Source of the DNA: Proteobacteria bacterium SG_bin7
GTDB taxonomy: Bacteria > Bdellovibrionota > Bdellovibrionia > Bdellovibrionales > SG-bin7
Direction of reading: 5' to 3'
DNA length: 64,000 nt
NCBI GenBank assembly: GCA_002083485.1
Contig: LWDK01000040.1
Coordinates: 3,723-67,722, forward strand
The notes beneath the pieces were generated by a model. It was given only the letters and a program-made list of their open reading frames with translations, was not told the DNA's origin and searched no databases. A program made the translations under genes and the position numbers. Shown in pieces: positions 9,359-18,302 of this stretch; the first letter of the stretch is position 1; each line of letters starts with the position of its first letter.

Positions 9359-10237
9359 ATGAATATTAAAAGACTTGAATACTTTTTAACGGTCGCGCAA
9401 ACAGGAAACCTACAAAGGGCTAGTGAGATATTAAATGTCAGCCCGCCGGCTCTTTCGAAAGCCATGAAAGTCTTAGAGGACGAGATCGAAACTAAGCTAT
9501 GGATACGTGATGGACGAAAAATCATCTTAACTGACACTGGAAAAATTCTGCTTCAGCGCGCCCCCAACTTGGTCTCAGAACTTCGTTCTCTCAAAGAAGG
9601 TCTAACGGCAAAAATCACTGGGCCACTTCCCGTAAAAATTGGTACATTTGAAGTCTTCTCAACATATTTTTTGTCGTTTCTCGATGAACTAAAATGGAAT
9701 GAACACGCACTTGAAATGCATGAGCTACTCCCCGGCGAAATCGAGAAGTATTTGATCAACGGTGAGATTGACTATGGGATAACTTATATGCCAATCCCTG
9801 ATCCGCAACTTGATTTTTTAAAAGTTACAGCAATAGAAATGGGTGTATTCACACGAAAAGATGCTTTCAGAGGGATACCACAGCAACAACTGCCTTATGT
9901 AATTCCCGTGATGCCTTTGCAGGGCGTGCCTTCGCGTGTACGCGGATTGGATGGATGGCCAGACGACGCCTACCAACGTAAAGTTTTACATAAAGTAACT
10001 CTTATGGAATCAGCTCTTGAGCTTTGCCGCCAAGGCCGGGTCGCCGGCTACTTCCCAGTATTTATCGCAAATGAGCATAACAAAAGATTTCGCGAAGAAC
10101 TTCACTTGGAGCGTCGAAAATCACCCTATCCTGGACGTGTATGTACGAATGATATTTTTTTAGTGAAAAGAAAGTCCCAGGAAGAAACTACAATTTCTAA
10201 ACAATTGGCGAAAGCTTTGCGTTTAATCTGTAAATAA
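9359..10237 (+). CDS. LysR family transcriptional regulator
   Basis: 292 aa. N-terminal helix-turn-helix IKRLEYFLTVAQTGNLQRASEILNVSPPALSKAMKVLE plus a substrate-binding-like C-terminus. Confidence 0.85.
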   Translation: MNIKRLEYFLTVAQTGNLQRASEILNVSPPALSKAMKVLEDEIETKLWIRDGRKIILTDTGKILLQRAPNLVSELRSLKEGLTAKITGPLPVKIGTFEVFSTYFLSFLDELKWNEHALEMHELLPGEIEKYLINGEIDYGITYMPIPDPQLDFLKVTAIEMGVFTRKDAFRGIPQQQLPYVIPVMPLQGVPSRVRGLDGWPDDAYQRKVLHKVTLMESALELCRQGRVAGYFPVFIANEHNKRFREELHLERRKSPYPGRVCTNDIFLVKRKSQEETTISKQLAKALRLICK

Positions 10238-10263
10238 GCTAGTCAGGAGCAGTTGGGGGCACA

Positions 10264-10794
10264 ATGAAATTTTTGGCTTCTTCACTTCTATTATTGTCTT
10301 TTAATGCCATAGCTTCTGGAAATATTAATCCCTTTACTACCGACGGCTGCTCCAAATTTATCGATGGACCTGTTACCGGAAATGGTTACGAATGGCTCCA
10401 CTGCTGTGAACAACATGATGTAAAATATTGGTCAGGACTGGGTGGCCAAACAGCACAAGACGAAGCCGACTTAGAAATTCGTCAATGCGTAACAAATGCT
10501 GGTTTTCCTTGGTATGGAGAGACAATTTATCGCGCTTTGCTAGCAGCAAGGCCGGTGAATGCCCACACCAATGTTTCTTATCGCTGGGGTTACGGATGGA
10601 ATGAAGTCCTCCATCAACGCGAACTTACGAAAAATGAATTGGAGTCCTTAAAACAAATGACTTCCACTATCACCACGGGAATTGCTAACTATCGTAACTC
10701 TAAGGGGCACCCTGCACCAACCCCCGAACAACAGGAGTCGATGGTGAGGATAATTGACAAGATTCTTACAAGCGAAAATCCAACGCTAAATTGA
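10264..10794 (+). CDS. Secreted prokaryotic/fungal-type phospholipase A2-like protein
   Basis: 176 aa with a signal peptide. FTTDGCSKFIDGP..WLHCCEQHDVKYW resembles the TD-C..PD-P...C..HD..Y core of Streptomyces-type secreted PLA2, as I recall it. Confidence 0.5.
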   Translation: MKFLASSLLLLSFNAIASGNINPFTTDGCSKFIDGPVTGNGYEWLHCCEQHDVKYWSGLGGQTAQDEADLEIRQCVTNAGFPWYGETIYRALLAARPVNAHTNVSYRWGYGWNEVLHQRELTKNELESLKQMTSTITTGIANYRNSKGHPAPTPEQQESMVRIIDKILTSENPTLN

Positions 10795-12456
10795 CTTCTT
10801 CCGAGAGACAACCTTACGAACAAACGGCTCCCAGTAGATGGCCTCAGACGCTGATGTTTCCATGGCTGGGAGAGCCCAATTGTCTTGCTCCACAAAGAAC
10901 ACTCTGTCCTTATGAGGCGCTCGCACCTTTTGACAAACATTACCAGCAAGGAGCCCCGGCTGCGCTATCGGAATTGCGTGTCCCCATTGGGTCAATCTTA
11001 TATCGACGAGTTCATGTGGATTGATTTTTAAAATTGGAAGAACATCGTTACGAATCTGATTTTCAAATTCACTTCTGAATTTTTCGTAAGCACCAGATTC
11101 ATACAGCTCCTGCCGACCACCTTCGTACGGCATCGGACGATACATGGAAATTACAGTATGATCCGTACCAACCATACCGAAGCTCGCGTGCACAATGTCG
11201 GTCGCTCTTCTAAGATTTTTTCCAGTCATTTTAGTTTTTAAATCAGCACTCTTTACCATAAGAATTTCGTAGAATGTCGGGTCAATTCTTTTGTTCACCA
11301 AAATGTTGGCAACTAAATAAGAGCGATACTTATACTGATTAATGGCATCGAATCTGTCTTGCTCGATATTTTTCAAAATGTTTCCTACCACAAATTTTGG
11401 ACAGGCCAACACGACGGCTTCGGCTTCGATCAATGTAATTTTTTGAGTCTCTGGACAAAACGAGTGAACGGCAACACCCCCATCTTTAACTTCGACCCGC
11501 AGAACTATCTCACCTGTCCTTAAGTTTTTGTCACCAACCGTAGGATGCATATGTTTAATCAGTTGCTCGGCCAACAATCCATTTCCACCTGGCAAAACCA
11601 CCATCGCACCTTCGGCACAATAAAAGTTCAACGCTGCCGCAGCACTCACTTCATCGCTGGTAGCATTAAATGCGCCAACACAATAAAAATCGATCTGGGC
11701 TAAGAGTTCAGAATGTATTTCACCAATCTCGCTCTCCAAAAACTGTCTAAATGTCATGCGATCAAGTTTTTTAACAGCCGAAGTAATTTTCGTGCCACCA
11801 GAAATTTCAGGGTAAATCCGACCATTTCTTCCCAAATTGAAATCTTCTACAAGTTCGTCAATTTCGTTCATTTGTGGAAGGCGCTTATTGATTGTCGTCC
11901 AATAATCAGCAATTAGATTATTATCAACAGCTACTGGTTCGTGTCCTTTTTTAAACTTATAAAATTTCTCCAGTCCTATATCTTTAAATATTTTTTCCAT
12001 GACACTGCCTTCAGCCGGGACAGTCATGTAGGCCGATCCCATACAGTAACGGGTCTTGCGCCATGTTTGGCCCTTAGCATTTCCACCAAACTGCGGTGCT
12101 TGTTCCAAAACGACCGGTTTTAAATCGCGCAATTGATAGGCTGAAAACAATCCACCTAGACCGCCGCCCACAATCACAACTTTATGTTTTTCTTTTAAAT
12201 GGGGTGGTTTTTTTAAAACATCTTCAGATTTCCAGATGTAGGGATGAACTCTCTTAAAATCGTCGCCGAAAAATTCTCGTTTAGCGACATCTCCCATGTC
12301 GGGAGTAAATGGACCTACCTTGCTAATATCAAGTATGTCACCCTCCCAAAGTCCTTTGGAGTAAAGTCCATCGAGTCGAGAAAATAGTACCGTCAACCCG
12401 CCGGCAGTCGCCAGCTGCAAAATGTGGCGGCGTGATAATCTAAGCTGAGAATCCAT
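10786..12456 (-). CDS. Tat-exported FAD-dependent oxidoreductase (amine-oxidase-like)
   Basis: Twin-arginine motif LSRRHILQLATAGG and dinucleotide-binding motif VVIVGGGLGGLFSAYQL. Start set to ATG 12456 (MDSQLRLSRR). Its 3' end overlaps the PLA2-like gene by 9 nt (convergent). Confidence 0.7.
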   Translation of the reverse strand: MDSQLRLSRRHILQLATAGGLTVLFSRLDGLYSKGLWEGDILDISKVGPFTPDMGDVAKREFFGDDFKRVHPYIWKSEDVLKKPPHLKEKHKVVIVGGGLGGLFSAYQLRDLKPVVLEQAPQFGGNAKGQTWRKTRYCMGSAYMTVPAEGSVMEKIFKDIGLEKFYKFKKGHEPVAVDNNLIADYWTTINKRLPQMNEIDELVEDFNLGRNGRIYPEISGGTKITSAVKKLDRMTFRQFLESEIGEIHSELLAQIDFYCVGAFNATSDEVSAAAALNFYCAEGAMVVLPGGNGLLAEQLIKHMHPTVGDKNLRTGEIVLRVEVKDGGVAVHSFCPETQKITLIEAEAVVLACPKFVVGNILKNIEQDRFDAINQYKYRSYLVANILVNKRIDPTFYEILMVKSADLKTKMTGKNLRRATDIVHASFGMVGTDHTVISMYRPMPYEGGRQELYESGAYEKFRSEFENQIRNDVLPILKINPHELVDIRLTQWGHAIPIAQPGLLAGNVCQKVRAPHKDRVFFVEQDNWALPAMETSASEAIYWEPFVRKVVSRKKSI

Positions 12457-12618
12457 GTGCTTTGATCTAATTACAATTATGTTTTTCTTGCAACAATTTT
12501 GCTTACAATTTTGACGCTCCCGATTGAGACCGAAAATATTTATTTTTTCCATTTTAATTTTTTATGCGTGACCCGATAAGTCTTCTGGCCAATTCGGCTA
12601 AATAGGAAAGGATCGATC

Positions 12619-13026
12619 ATGACAAAAACAAAGTATTTTAAATATGGAAAGCAAACCTGCAAAGCTTATTACCGCACGGCCGGTCAGGGTTTCGAGGTTG
12701 GCTTCATATTTGGTGGAACACCTGCATTTGTGGGTAACTTCATTCATGCCCGCGAAGCCAATGCCTGGTGGACAATTATGAACAAAGAGTTGCGCCGTTT
12801 CTCCAAAAAATATTGGGGAACACCCAAAGCGCCAATCGCTTTTTATTGCAAGTTTTTGTCTCACTATTTGTACAAATGCTACTACAACTACTTGGATCGC
12901 GAATTCGGAAAATATCAACGCAATTTCACAACAGGCTTCCGAAAACACGAGCGCAAGTATACGAATATGAAGAAAAAGTGGCCAACGGCAACTAAAACTC
13001 GTTGGACACTTAAAATCGCTGCTTAA
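12619..13026 (+). CDS. Hypothetical basic, aromatic-rich protein
   Basis: 135 aa. GGAAAGGA lies upstream of the ATG and a strong terminator follows. No family recognised. Confidence 0.45.
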   Translation: MTKTKYFKYGKQTCKAYYRTAGQGFEVGFIFGGTPAFVGNFIHAREANAWWTIMNKELRRFSKKYWGTPKAPIAFYCKFLSHYLYKCYYNYLDREFGKYQRNFTTGFRKHERKYTNMKKKWPTATKTRWTLKIAA

Positions 13027-13036
13027 AGACCAATAG

Positions 13037-13075
13037 GCCCCCTTTTGTCTTGTCCAGGGGGCTTCTTTATTTGAT
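13037..13075 (+). terminator. Rho-independent terminator
   Basis: GCCCCC (13037-13042) pairs with GGGGGC (13057-13062) around a 14-nt loop. A T-rich tract ttctttatttgattt follows. Confidence 0.6.
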
Positions 13076-13077
13076 TT

Positions 13078-13782
13078 ATGTACCGGAACATCCTGATTGT
13101 TGATGACGATCCAGATATAATTAATTTAGTTACCCTTTTTCTGGAGCAATCCGGTTATGCTGTCGTCGCCGTAAAAGATGGCTACACAGCGCTCGATGAG
13201 GTAAATAACCATCACTACGACTTGATTCTTCTAGATAAAAACATGCCGTTCGTGACTGGCGATCAAGTCCTTAAATCGCTGCGCAACAATGAAATTACTA
13301 AAGAATTACCGATCATCATGCTTACAGCCAGTACCGAAGTCGAAGACGTTAAAAAGTCAAAAGAACTCGGCGTTGATGACTACGTGATCAAACCTCCCGA
13401 CAAAAAAACTCTAGTGACCAGAATAGAAAAGATCTTAGGCTCTCAACCAAAGCATTTTGAAATAGTGTTTGACGACAATAAAGGCAAAAACTTGGGCCTT
13501 TCTTCTCAGAATCTAAATCTCACTTTACTTTCAGCAAACGTTGGAGGACTAATTATGAGGTCTAGCCGCGAAATAAAAAAGGGCACCTCACTAGGAACTG
13601 CTAAAATTAAATTATTTGAAGTATTAGGTATTGACTTTTCGAAACTGAAAATTAATCACGTGGAAATACGAGAAGATAAAACCTACGAACTATTTGTTTC
13701 TTTCTTATCGCTATCTAAAGCCGACACTGAAAAAATTCGCGACTGGATCGTAACTAAGAAGTTTAACCTGACGAAAGCGTAA
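13078..13782 (+). CDS. Response regulator: receiver domain plus C-terminal PilZ-like domain (tentative)
   Basis: Receiver signatures ILIVDDDPD, DLILLDKNMPFVTG, IMLTAS and DDYVIKP. The C-terminal ~100 aa (..LSANVGGLIMRS..) is beta-rich and PilZ-like, but I could not see an RxxxR motif. Confidence 0.7.
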   Translation: MYRNILIVDDDPDIINLVTLFLEQSGYAVVAVKDGYTALDEVNNHHYDLILLDKNMPFVTGDQVLKSLRNNEITKELPIIMLTASTEVEDVKKSKELGVDDYVIKPPDKKTLVTRIEKILGSQPKHFEIVFDDNKGKNLGLSSQNLNLTLLSANVGGLIMRSSREIKKGTSLGTAKIKLFEVLGIDFSKLKINHVEIREDKTYELFVSFLSLSKADTEKIRDWIVTKKFNLTKA

Positions 13783-14386
13783 GCCCTAAGATACCATCAA
13801 CTGCGGCACGCCAATATTTACGCATTTTTTCTTTGTGTGCAGACGTTTTCAGCCCATCGTGAGAAAATACCAGGATTGAGCCTTTATTTGGTCGGCCAAC
13901 CACGTGAATCTCGAGGTAAGTTTTCTTTTCCCAATCCAAATCTTGCCATGACAGCCGAATACGTTTGGGAGGCACAACCGTGCGCACGTCGCCAAAAATT
14001 TCTCCCGCAATCTCAAAAGCGCTGTTGGGTTTCAAAGAAAATTTGCCTATGGGTTTTAACCAAGCATTTATTCCCTTACAAGATGTCATCAATTTCCACA
14101 ATGTTTTTTGATCCATTGGGAATGACTTAGTAATAGTCGCCGAATACTCACCTTTGTAATTTTGTCCGTCTATTCTTCGCCCCGTATGCACTTCGTATCC
14201 GTGAGCAACTCCCTGTTGCCACCAAGCACTCAACCTATATTTCTTCTTAAGAAGCACGACGATTTCTTTACGAGTCAGAACACTAGCACCGGCGCGCTCA
14301 AGAATTTCAATCCACTGATCCCAGTTTTTTCCGGTCCCTTTTTTTACTGATGTCGCTGATACGCGACCAATGGATTGGATGGGCAT
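13763..14386 (-). CDS. Hypothetical protein with SRPBCC/AHSA1-like C-terminal domain
   Basis: 207 aa. The N-terminal ..LSAWWQQGVAHGYEVHTGRR.. segment and a C-terminal START-like region (..RIRLSWQDLDW..LEIHV..) are suggestive. Its 3' end overlaps the convergent response-regulator gene by 20 nt. Confidence 0.45.
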   Translation of the reverse strand: MPIQSIGRVSATSVKKGTGKNWDQWIEILERAGASVLTRKEIVVLLKKKYRLSAWWQQGVAHGYEVHTGRRIDGQNYKGEYSATITKSFPMDQKTLWKLMTSCKGINAWLKPIGKFSLKPNSAFEIAGEIFGDVRTVVPPKRIRLSWQDLDWEKKTYLEIHVVGRPNKGSILVFSHDGLKTSAHKEKMRKYWRAAVDGILGLTLSSG

Positions 14387-14444
14387 TATTATTTCGTTAG
14401 TTCGTTACTTTCCGGTTTAGCATCTAAAGAACCTTCTCCTCTGA

Positions 14445-14702
14445 TTGGGCTTTGGGCTACAAAAAGAAGGTTCTAATGACACGGCAGTGAAAAAGCAAGT
14501 ATTGCAAAGAGATCAGGTTTGTCAGTATCGAGACAAATTGAGTGGCAGAATTTGTGGCAGCCAATGGAATTTACATGCTGATCGTATTCAACCAAGGTGG
14601 GCTAAGGGAGCAAATAAAAAAGAAAACCTACAAATTCTGTGTCAGAAACAACCATCACAGGTATCGGCGAGAGACCGAGGTGCGGTTTGTAAACTAGATT
14701 AA
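14445..14702 (+). pseudogene. Decayed HNH endonuclease remnant (truncated, substituted, frameshifted)
   Basis: ..VLQRDQVCQYRDKLSGRICGSQWNLHADRIQPRWAKGANKKENLQILC aligns by eye with the HNH core C..C....CGS..L..(D/H)H..P...GG....N..L.C. The His after Asp is Arg (CGT). The expected C-terminal ..HN.. segment reappears in the +1 frame (FCVRNNHHRYRRETEVRF, 14641-14697). The only start is TTG and no N-terminal region is present. Confidence 0.45.
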
Positions 14703-14862
14703 ATGAGAGCGAAACTCGGAGAAAATTGTGCATCACGGAGGATTAAATCGCATTTATGCGGCTATTATTGCCAAGACAACTCTACAGCGAACAGATTTAG
14801 GCTGAATTTAGCATCAAGTAAAAGACTGCTCCAAATTAACGCGCTATGGACTGGAAAAAGTC

Positions 14863-16047
14863 TCAGGCACTTTTCTTAATTTGCGTTGCGCGATACAGAT
14901 CAAACAATTTGGACGCAAAGGATTTAGGGAAGAATGGCTTACGAATGATGGCCGCGCCACCGGCGACGTCGAGTTCTTTTAGCTCTGACTCTTTGGTCAT
15001 TGCTGTCAAAAAGAAAACAGGAATGTTTTTTAGCTTAGGATCATTTTTAAACATTCGGCAAAGCTCAGCACCAGTGATGTCGGGCATCTGGGAATCCATT
15101 ATTACTACGTCAGGCATAAAGGTCGTACATTCTTTTGCGGCCACTTTAGGATTGGTGGTACTTTTTAATTCCAACATTTTATAGTTTTTTAAGCCAAGTC
15201 TGACAAGATCATGGATGTCTTCAGAATCATCCACAAAATAAATTTTCTTAAACGGAACTGAATTTGGATCAAGATCTCTATTATTAGAATCTTTTTCTTG
15301 AGCCAAGTCTTTGTAAACCTGGATGATATTTTTTTGGAGATCTTGATCTTTCTTAAAAATATTGTGAACCATTTTGATGCGCGGATCCTTTTCGGGATTA
15401 GAATCTGAAGTTACAACGGAAAAAGTAACGCGCTTATTCACTCCATTTATATTGCGCACGATAAACGCTAGATCCGTTGCCCCTATCATAGGCGCGTGCA
15501 TAGAAATGATAACCGAATCAAACTTTTCTTTTAGAAGCCTGCCCAAGGCATCGTGACCGTTACTCTCTTTACCAAAATCCACTCTAAATCTTTTCAATGC
15601 GTCGACACAAAGCTTGAGCGTTACCTCTGATGTATCTACCAGAAGTACCCGGTGAGTTCCATTTGTAGGACCGAGACTCACACCAATTTGATTTTTGATT
15701 TGCATAATTCTAGTTTCGTTACCTGTACCATAAGCTGTCACGGCCCCCATCATGAGATCACGCAAACTCATAAGCCGGTCAATTCTCTCATCATTTGGAA
15801 TCTCAGAAAGCTCAACGAGTGATATTAAATCCTCCATGCGGTGGGCGAGAATCGAAACCACGTCAAAACCATAACCGCCAGCCGTGCCCTTAATGGAATG
15901 TACAATTCTCCTCAGGTTACTTGTGGTATGCGCATCGTTGTTATTACCGACATAAGCAAGAATCAGACACTCAACATCCGCAAGATCATCATTGAGGCGT
16001 TCTAAATAGGCTTTTTGAGAATCAAAGTCTTCGGAACTTCTTTTCAT
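14863..16047 (-). CDS. Hpt - pseudo-receiver - receiver phosphorelay protein
   Basis: 394 aa. The Hpt motif is RRIVHSIKGTAGGYGF (His50). The middle REC-like domain has Ser at the acceptor position (DSVIISMHAPMIG). The C-terminal REC is canonical (FVDDSED, VVIMDSQMPDITG, FFLTAM, IRKPF). Confidence 0.8.
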   Translation of the reverse strand: MKRSSEDFDSQKAYLERLNDDLADVECLILAYVGNNNDAHTTSNLRRIVHSIKGTAGGYGFDVVSILAHRMEDLISLVELSEIPNDERIDRLMSLRDLMMGAVTAYGTGNETRIMQIKNQIGVSLGPTNGTHRVLLVDTSEVTLKLCVDALKRFRVDFGKESNGHDALGRLLKEKFDSVIISMHAPMIGATDLAFIVRNINGVNKRVTFSVVTSDSNPEKDPRIKMVHNIFKKDQDLQKNIIQVYKDLAQEKDSNNRDLDPNSVPFKKIYFVDDSEDIHDLVRLGLKNYKMLELKSTTNPKVAAKECTTFMPDVVIMDSQMPDITGAELCRMFKNDPKLKNIPVFFLTAMTKESELKELDVAGGAAIIRKPFFPKSFASKLFDLYRATQIKKSA

Positions 16048-16355
16048 TAAAACTCAATTTCCAATCTGTCTAAATACTCAGAAATATTTTTTATGATTTC
16101 TGAGACTTTAGCTACGTTTTTTGCCTTGGCTGCTGCTTCTAGTTCCGCTCCGTAGGTTCCTAGGTCCACCAGCCCATAACCACCACCGCTACCTTTTAAG
16201 CGATGGCCGAGCATTGCCAAGGCTTCAAAATCAAGAGCCGTTAAAGCGTTGTTCAACAGCGGAATTTCGTTCTTACGTTTTTCAATATACCCCGGTAAAA
16301 TTTCCTGCAAATCAGGGTCAATTTTTACTTTGAACTTTGGCACTGCTCCCATCAT
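16047..16355 (-). CDS. Stand-alone Hpt domain protein
   Basis: 102 aa with LGHRLKGSGGGYGL. Its stop overlaps the downstream ATG by 1 nt (TAATG at 16045-16049 on the minus strand). Confidence 0.8.
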   Translation of the reverse strand: MMGAVPKFKVKIDPDLQEILPGYIEKRKNEIPLLNNALTALDFEALAMLGHRLKGSGGGYGLVDLGTYGAELEAAAKAKNVAKVSEIIKNISEYLDRLEIEF

Positions 16356-16458
16356 ATATCTATCGGATTTTTTTTCTTAATCTTGTCGAATCTGGACCGT
16401 ACTATGTGAAAAATTTTCCGAAAATATACGTTGGAAGTGTCGGTTTCGATCTAGATTT

Positions 16459-18270
16459 ATGTCTAGGCTATTATCCAGGGGGAACTGTATTAAAGAAACG
16501 CGCTCAGTGAAGATATTTTTGTTTTTTTCATTTTTTACGGCACTTACCGCCTTCTCTATTGCATTGCCATTTTTTAAACCCACAGCAACTATTGAGTCGG
16601 CAGTTATTTTCGCCGCTTCACTATTTGGAATGTTGCTTGCAAAAAAACTGTCCTTTCTCGAGGCGGAAATTGTCGCGAAACTACTAAAGGCCGCCGACGA
16701 CGCCGAACGGGCGAGCCAAATCAAGAGTGAATTCTTGGCGAATATGAGCCACGAAATCCGCACTCCCATGAATGCTATCATGGGTATGGCAGAGCTTCTC
16801 AATGAAACACATCTTAACGATGAACAGCAACGCTATGTGAATATATTTCGTAAGGCTGGAGAAAATCTTCTCGGAATCATTAACGATATATTAGACATTT
16901 CAAAAATTGAAGCCGGACATTTAAAGGTCGAATACATGGATTTTAACCTTCGCGATTTAGTCGAAGACACTGCCGAGCTTGCCGCTCCTCGTGCTTTTGC
17001 AAAAAATCTCGAAGTCTTTTGCCACATTGATTCTACACTTGAAAATTCATTTAGCGGCGACCCCTTCCGCATTCGTCAAATTGTGATGAATCTTGTGGGC
17101 AACGCCATCAAATTCACGGCCAGTGGGGAGGTTCGCATTACCGTCACCCCGAACACCGAAAAGGACAGGCGCGGCAACCTTATGCTTGCAGTTTCCGACA
17201 CGGGCGTTGGCATTCCCCCAGAGGCTCAAACAAAACTATTTCAATATTTTCAACAAGCCGACGCGTCCGTCACAAAGAGATTTGGCGGTACCGGGCTCGG
17301 TCTGGCGATTTGTAAAAAGCTGGCCGAAATGATGAATGGAGAAATTTGGTTCCAAAGCACGCCCGATGTTGGCACCACTTTCTATTTCACGCTATCATGC
17401 GCTAAAGCTCAACAAGCAAAGGACCAAAAACTTTCTGAGATTACCGACAGCCTTAAGGACAAAAAGGTACTCATCATTGATGACCGGCCAACCAACCGAA
17501 AAATACTAAAGGAAATGTTAACTCCCTACGGCATTGAAATTGCCGAGACCGACAATTGGACCGGAGGGTGGGAACATGTCCAAAACAAAAAAGTTGATCT
17601 CGTCATCTCTGAATTTAAACTGTTAAGCGGAGAAGATGCCCTTAACTTTGTTACCAAAATTAAAAAGAATAGCGATTACAAAAAAACTGGAATTATCCTT
17701 TTAAGCTCTGACTACGTTGATGTGACCCGTGTTGAGCTATATGAAATGGGTGTCGCGACTGTGCTTTACAAGCCAACACGCCGCGATCAATTGCTTCGCG
17801 AAATGGCTAAAGCCCTAGCATTTGATGACTTTAAAAAAACGGGTGAGACAAAAGCCCCGTCCCCTCCTATAACTAGCGCCAAGTCCTACAAAATTCTCCT
17901 TGTTGATGATTCCGAAGACAACCGCATATTAATTTTAACGTACCTAAAGAAAACGGGACATAACGTCATCCAAGCTGAAAATGGTGCAGAGGCCGTCACG
18001 AAAGTGAAAGAAGGAAAATTCGATATCATTTTATTGGACATGCAAATGCCAGTGATGGACGGTTATAGCGCAGCACGAACAATTCGCGAGTGGGAATCAG
18101 CTAATAAGTTAAGCCCAGTTCCAATTATCGCACTTACGGCCTATGCTTTAAAAGAAGAACAAGAAAAGTCCTACGCTGCCGGCTGCAACAAACACGTCTC
18201 AAAGCCAGTATCTAAACAACAAATTCTCGATGCAATCCAGGAATACTGCGGAGAGAAAAAAGCCGCGTAA
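16459..18270 (+). CDS. Hybrid sensor histidine kinase (HisKA-HATPase - pseudo-receiver - receiver)
   Basis: 603 aa with two N-terminal TM segments. H-box [16 protein letters not shown] boxes ([25 protein letters not shown]). REC1 has Glu at the acceptor position ([10 protein letters not shown], codon 17611-17613). REC2 is canonical ([26 protein letters not shown]). Confidence 0.9.
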   Translation: MSRLLSRGNCIKETRSVKIFLFFSFFTALTAFSIALPFFKPTATIESAVIFAASLFGMLLAKKLSFLEAEIVAKLLKAADDAERASQIKSEFLANMSHEIRTPMNAIMGMAELLNETHLNDEQQRYVNIFRKAGENLLGIINDILDISKIEAGHLKVEYMDFNLRDLVEDTAELAAPRAFAKNLEVFCHIDSTLENSFSGDPFRIRQIVMNLVGNAIKFTASGEVRITVTPNTEKDRRGNLMLAVSDTGVGIPPEAQTKLFQYFQQADASVTKRFGGTGLGLAICKKLAEMMNGEIWFQSTPDVGTTFYFTLSCAKAQQAKDQKLSEITDSLKDKKVLIIDDRPTNRKILKEMLTPYGIEIAETDNWTGGWEHVQNKKVDLVISEFKLLSGEDALNFVTKIKKNSDYKKTGIILLSSDYVDVTRVELYEMGVATVLYKPTRRDQLLREMAKALAFDDFKKTGETKAPSPPITSAKSYKILLVDDSEDNRILILTYLKKTGHNVIQAENGAEAVTKVKEGKFDIILLDMQMPVMDGYSAARTIREWESANKLSPVPIIALTAYALKEEQEKSYAAGCNKHVSKPVSKQQILDAIQEYCGEKKAA

Positions 18271-18302
18271 GGTGCCTGACAACCACTTGCTCTGTCATGC
18301 GT
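18271..18302 (+). repeat. Copy A of a 32-nt dispersed motif GGTGCCYGACAACCACTTGMTCTGT...GCGT
   Basis: ggtgcctgacaaccacttgctctgtcatgcgt begins directly after the kinase stop codon (18268-18270). It is 27/32 identical to 51148-51179. Confidence 0.6.

Noticed and set aside
18276-18294. TGACAACCACTTGC inside the repeated motif looked superficially like a sigma54 -24/-12 promoter (TGGCAC-N5-TTGC).
   Set aside because: The GG dinucleotide is GA and the spacing is one nt short. The motif lies at gene 3' ends in convergent pairs with nothing downstream to transcribe.
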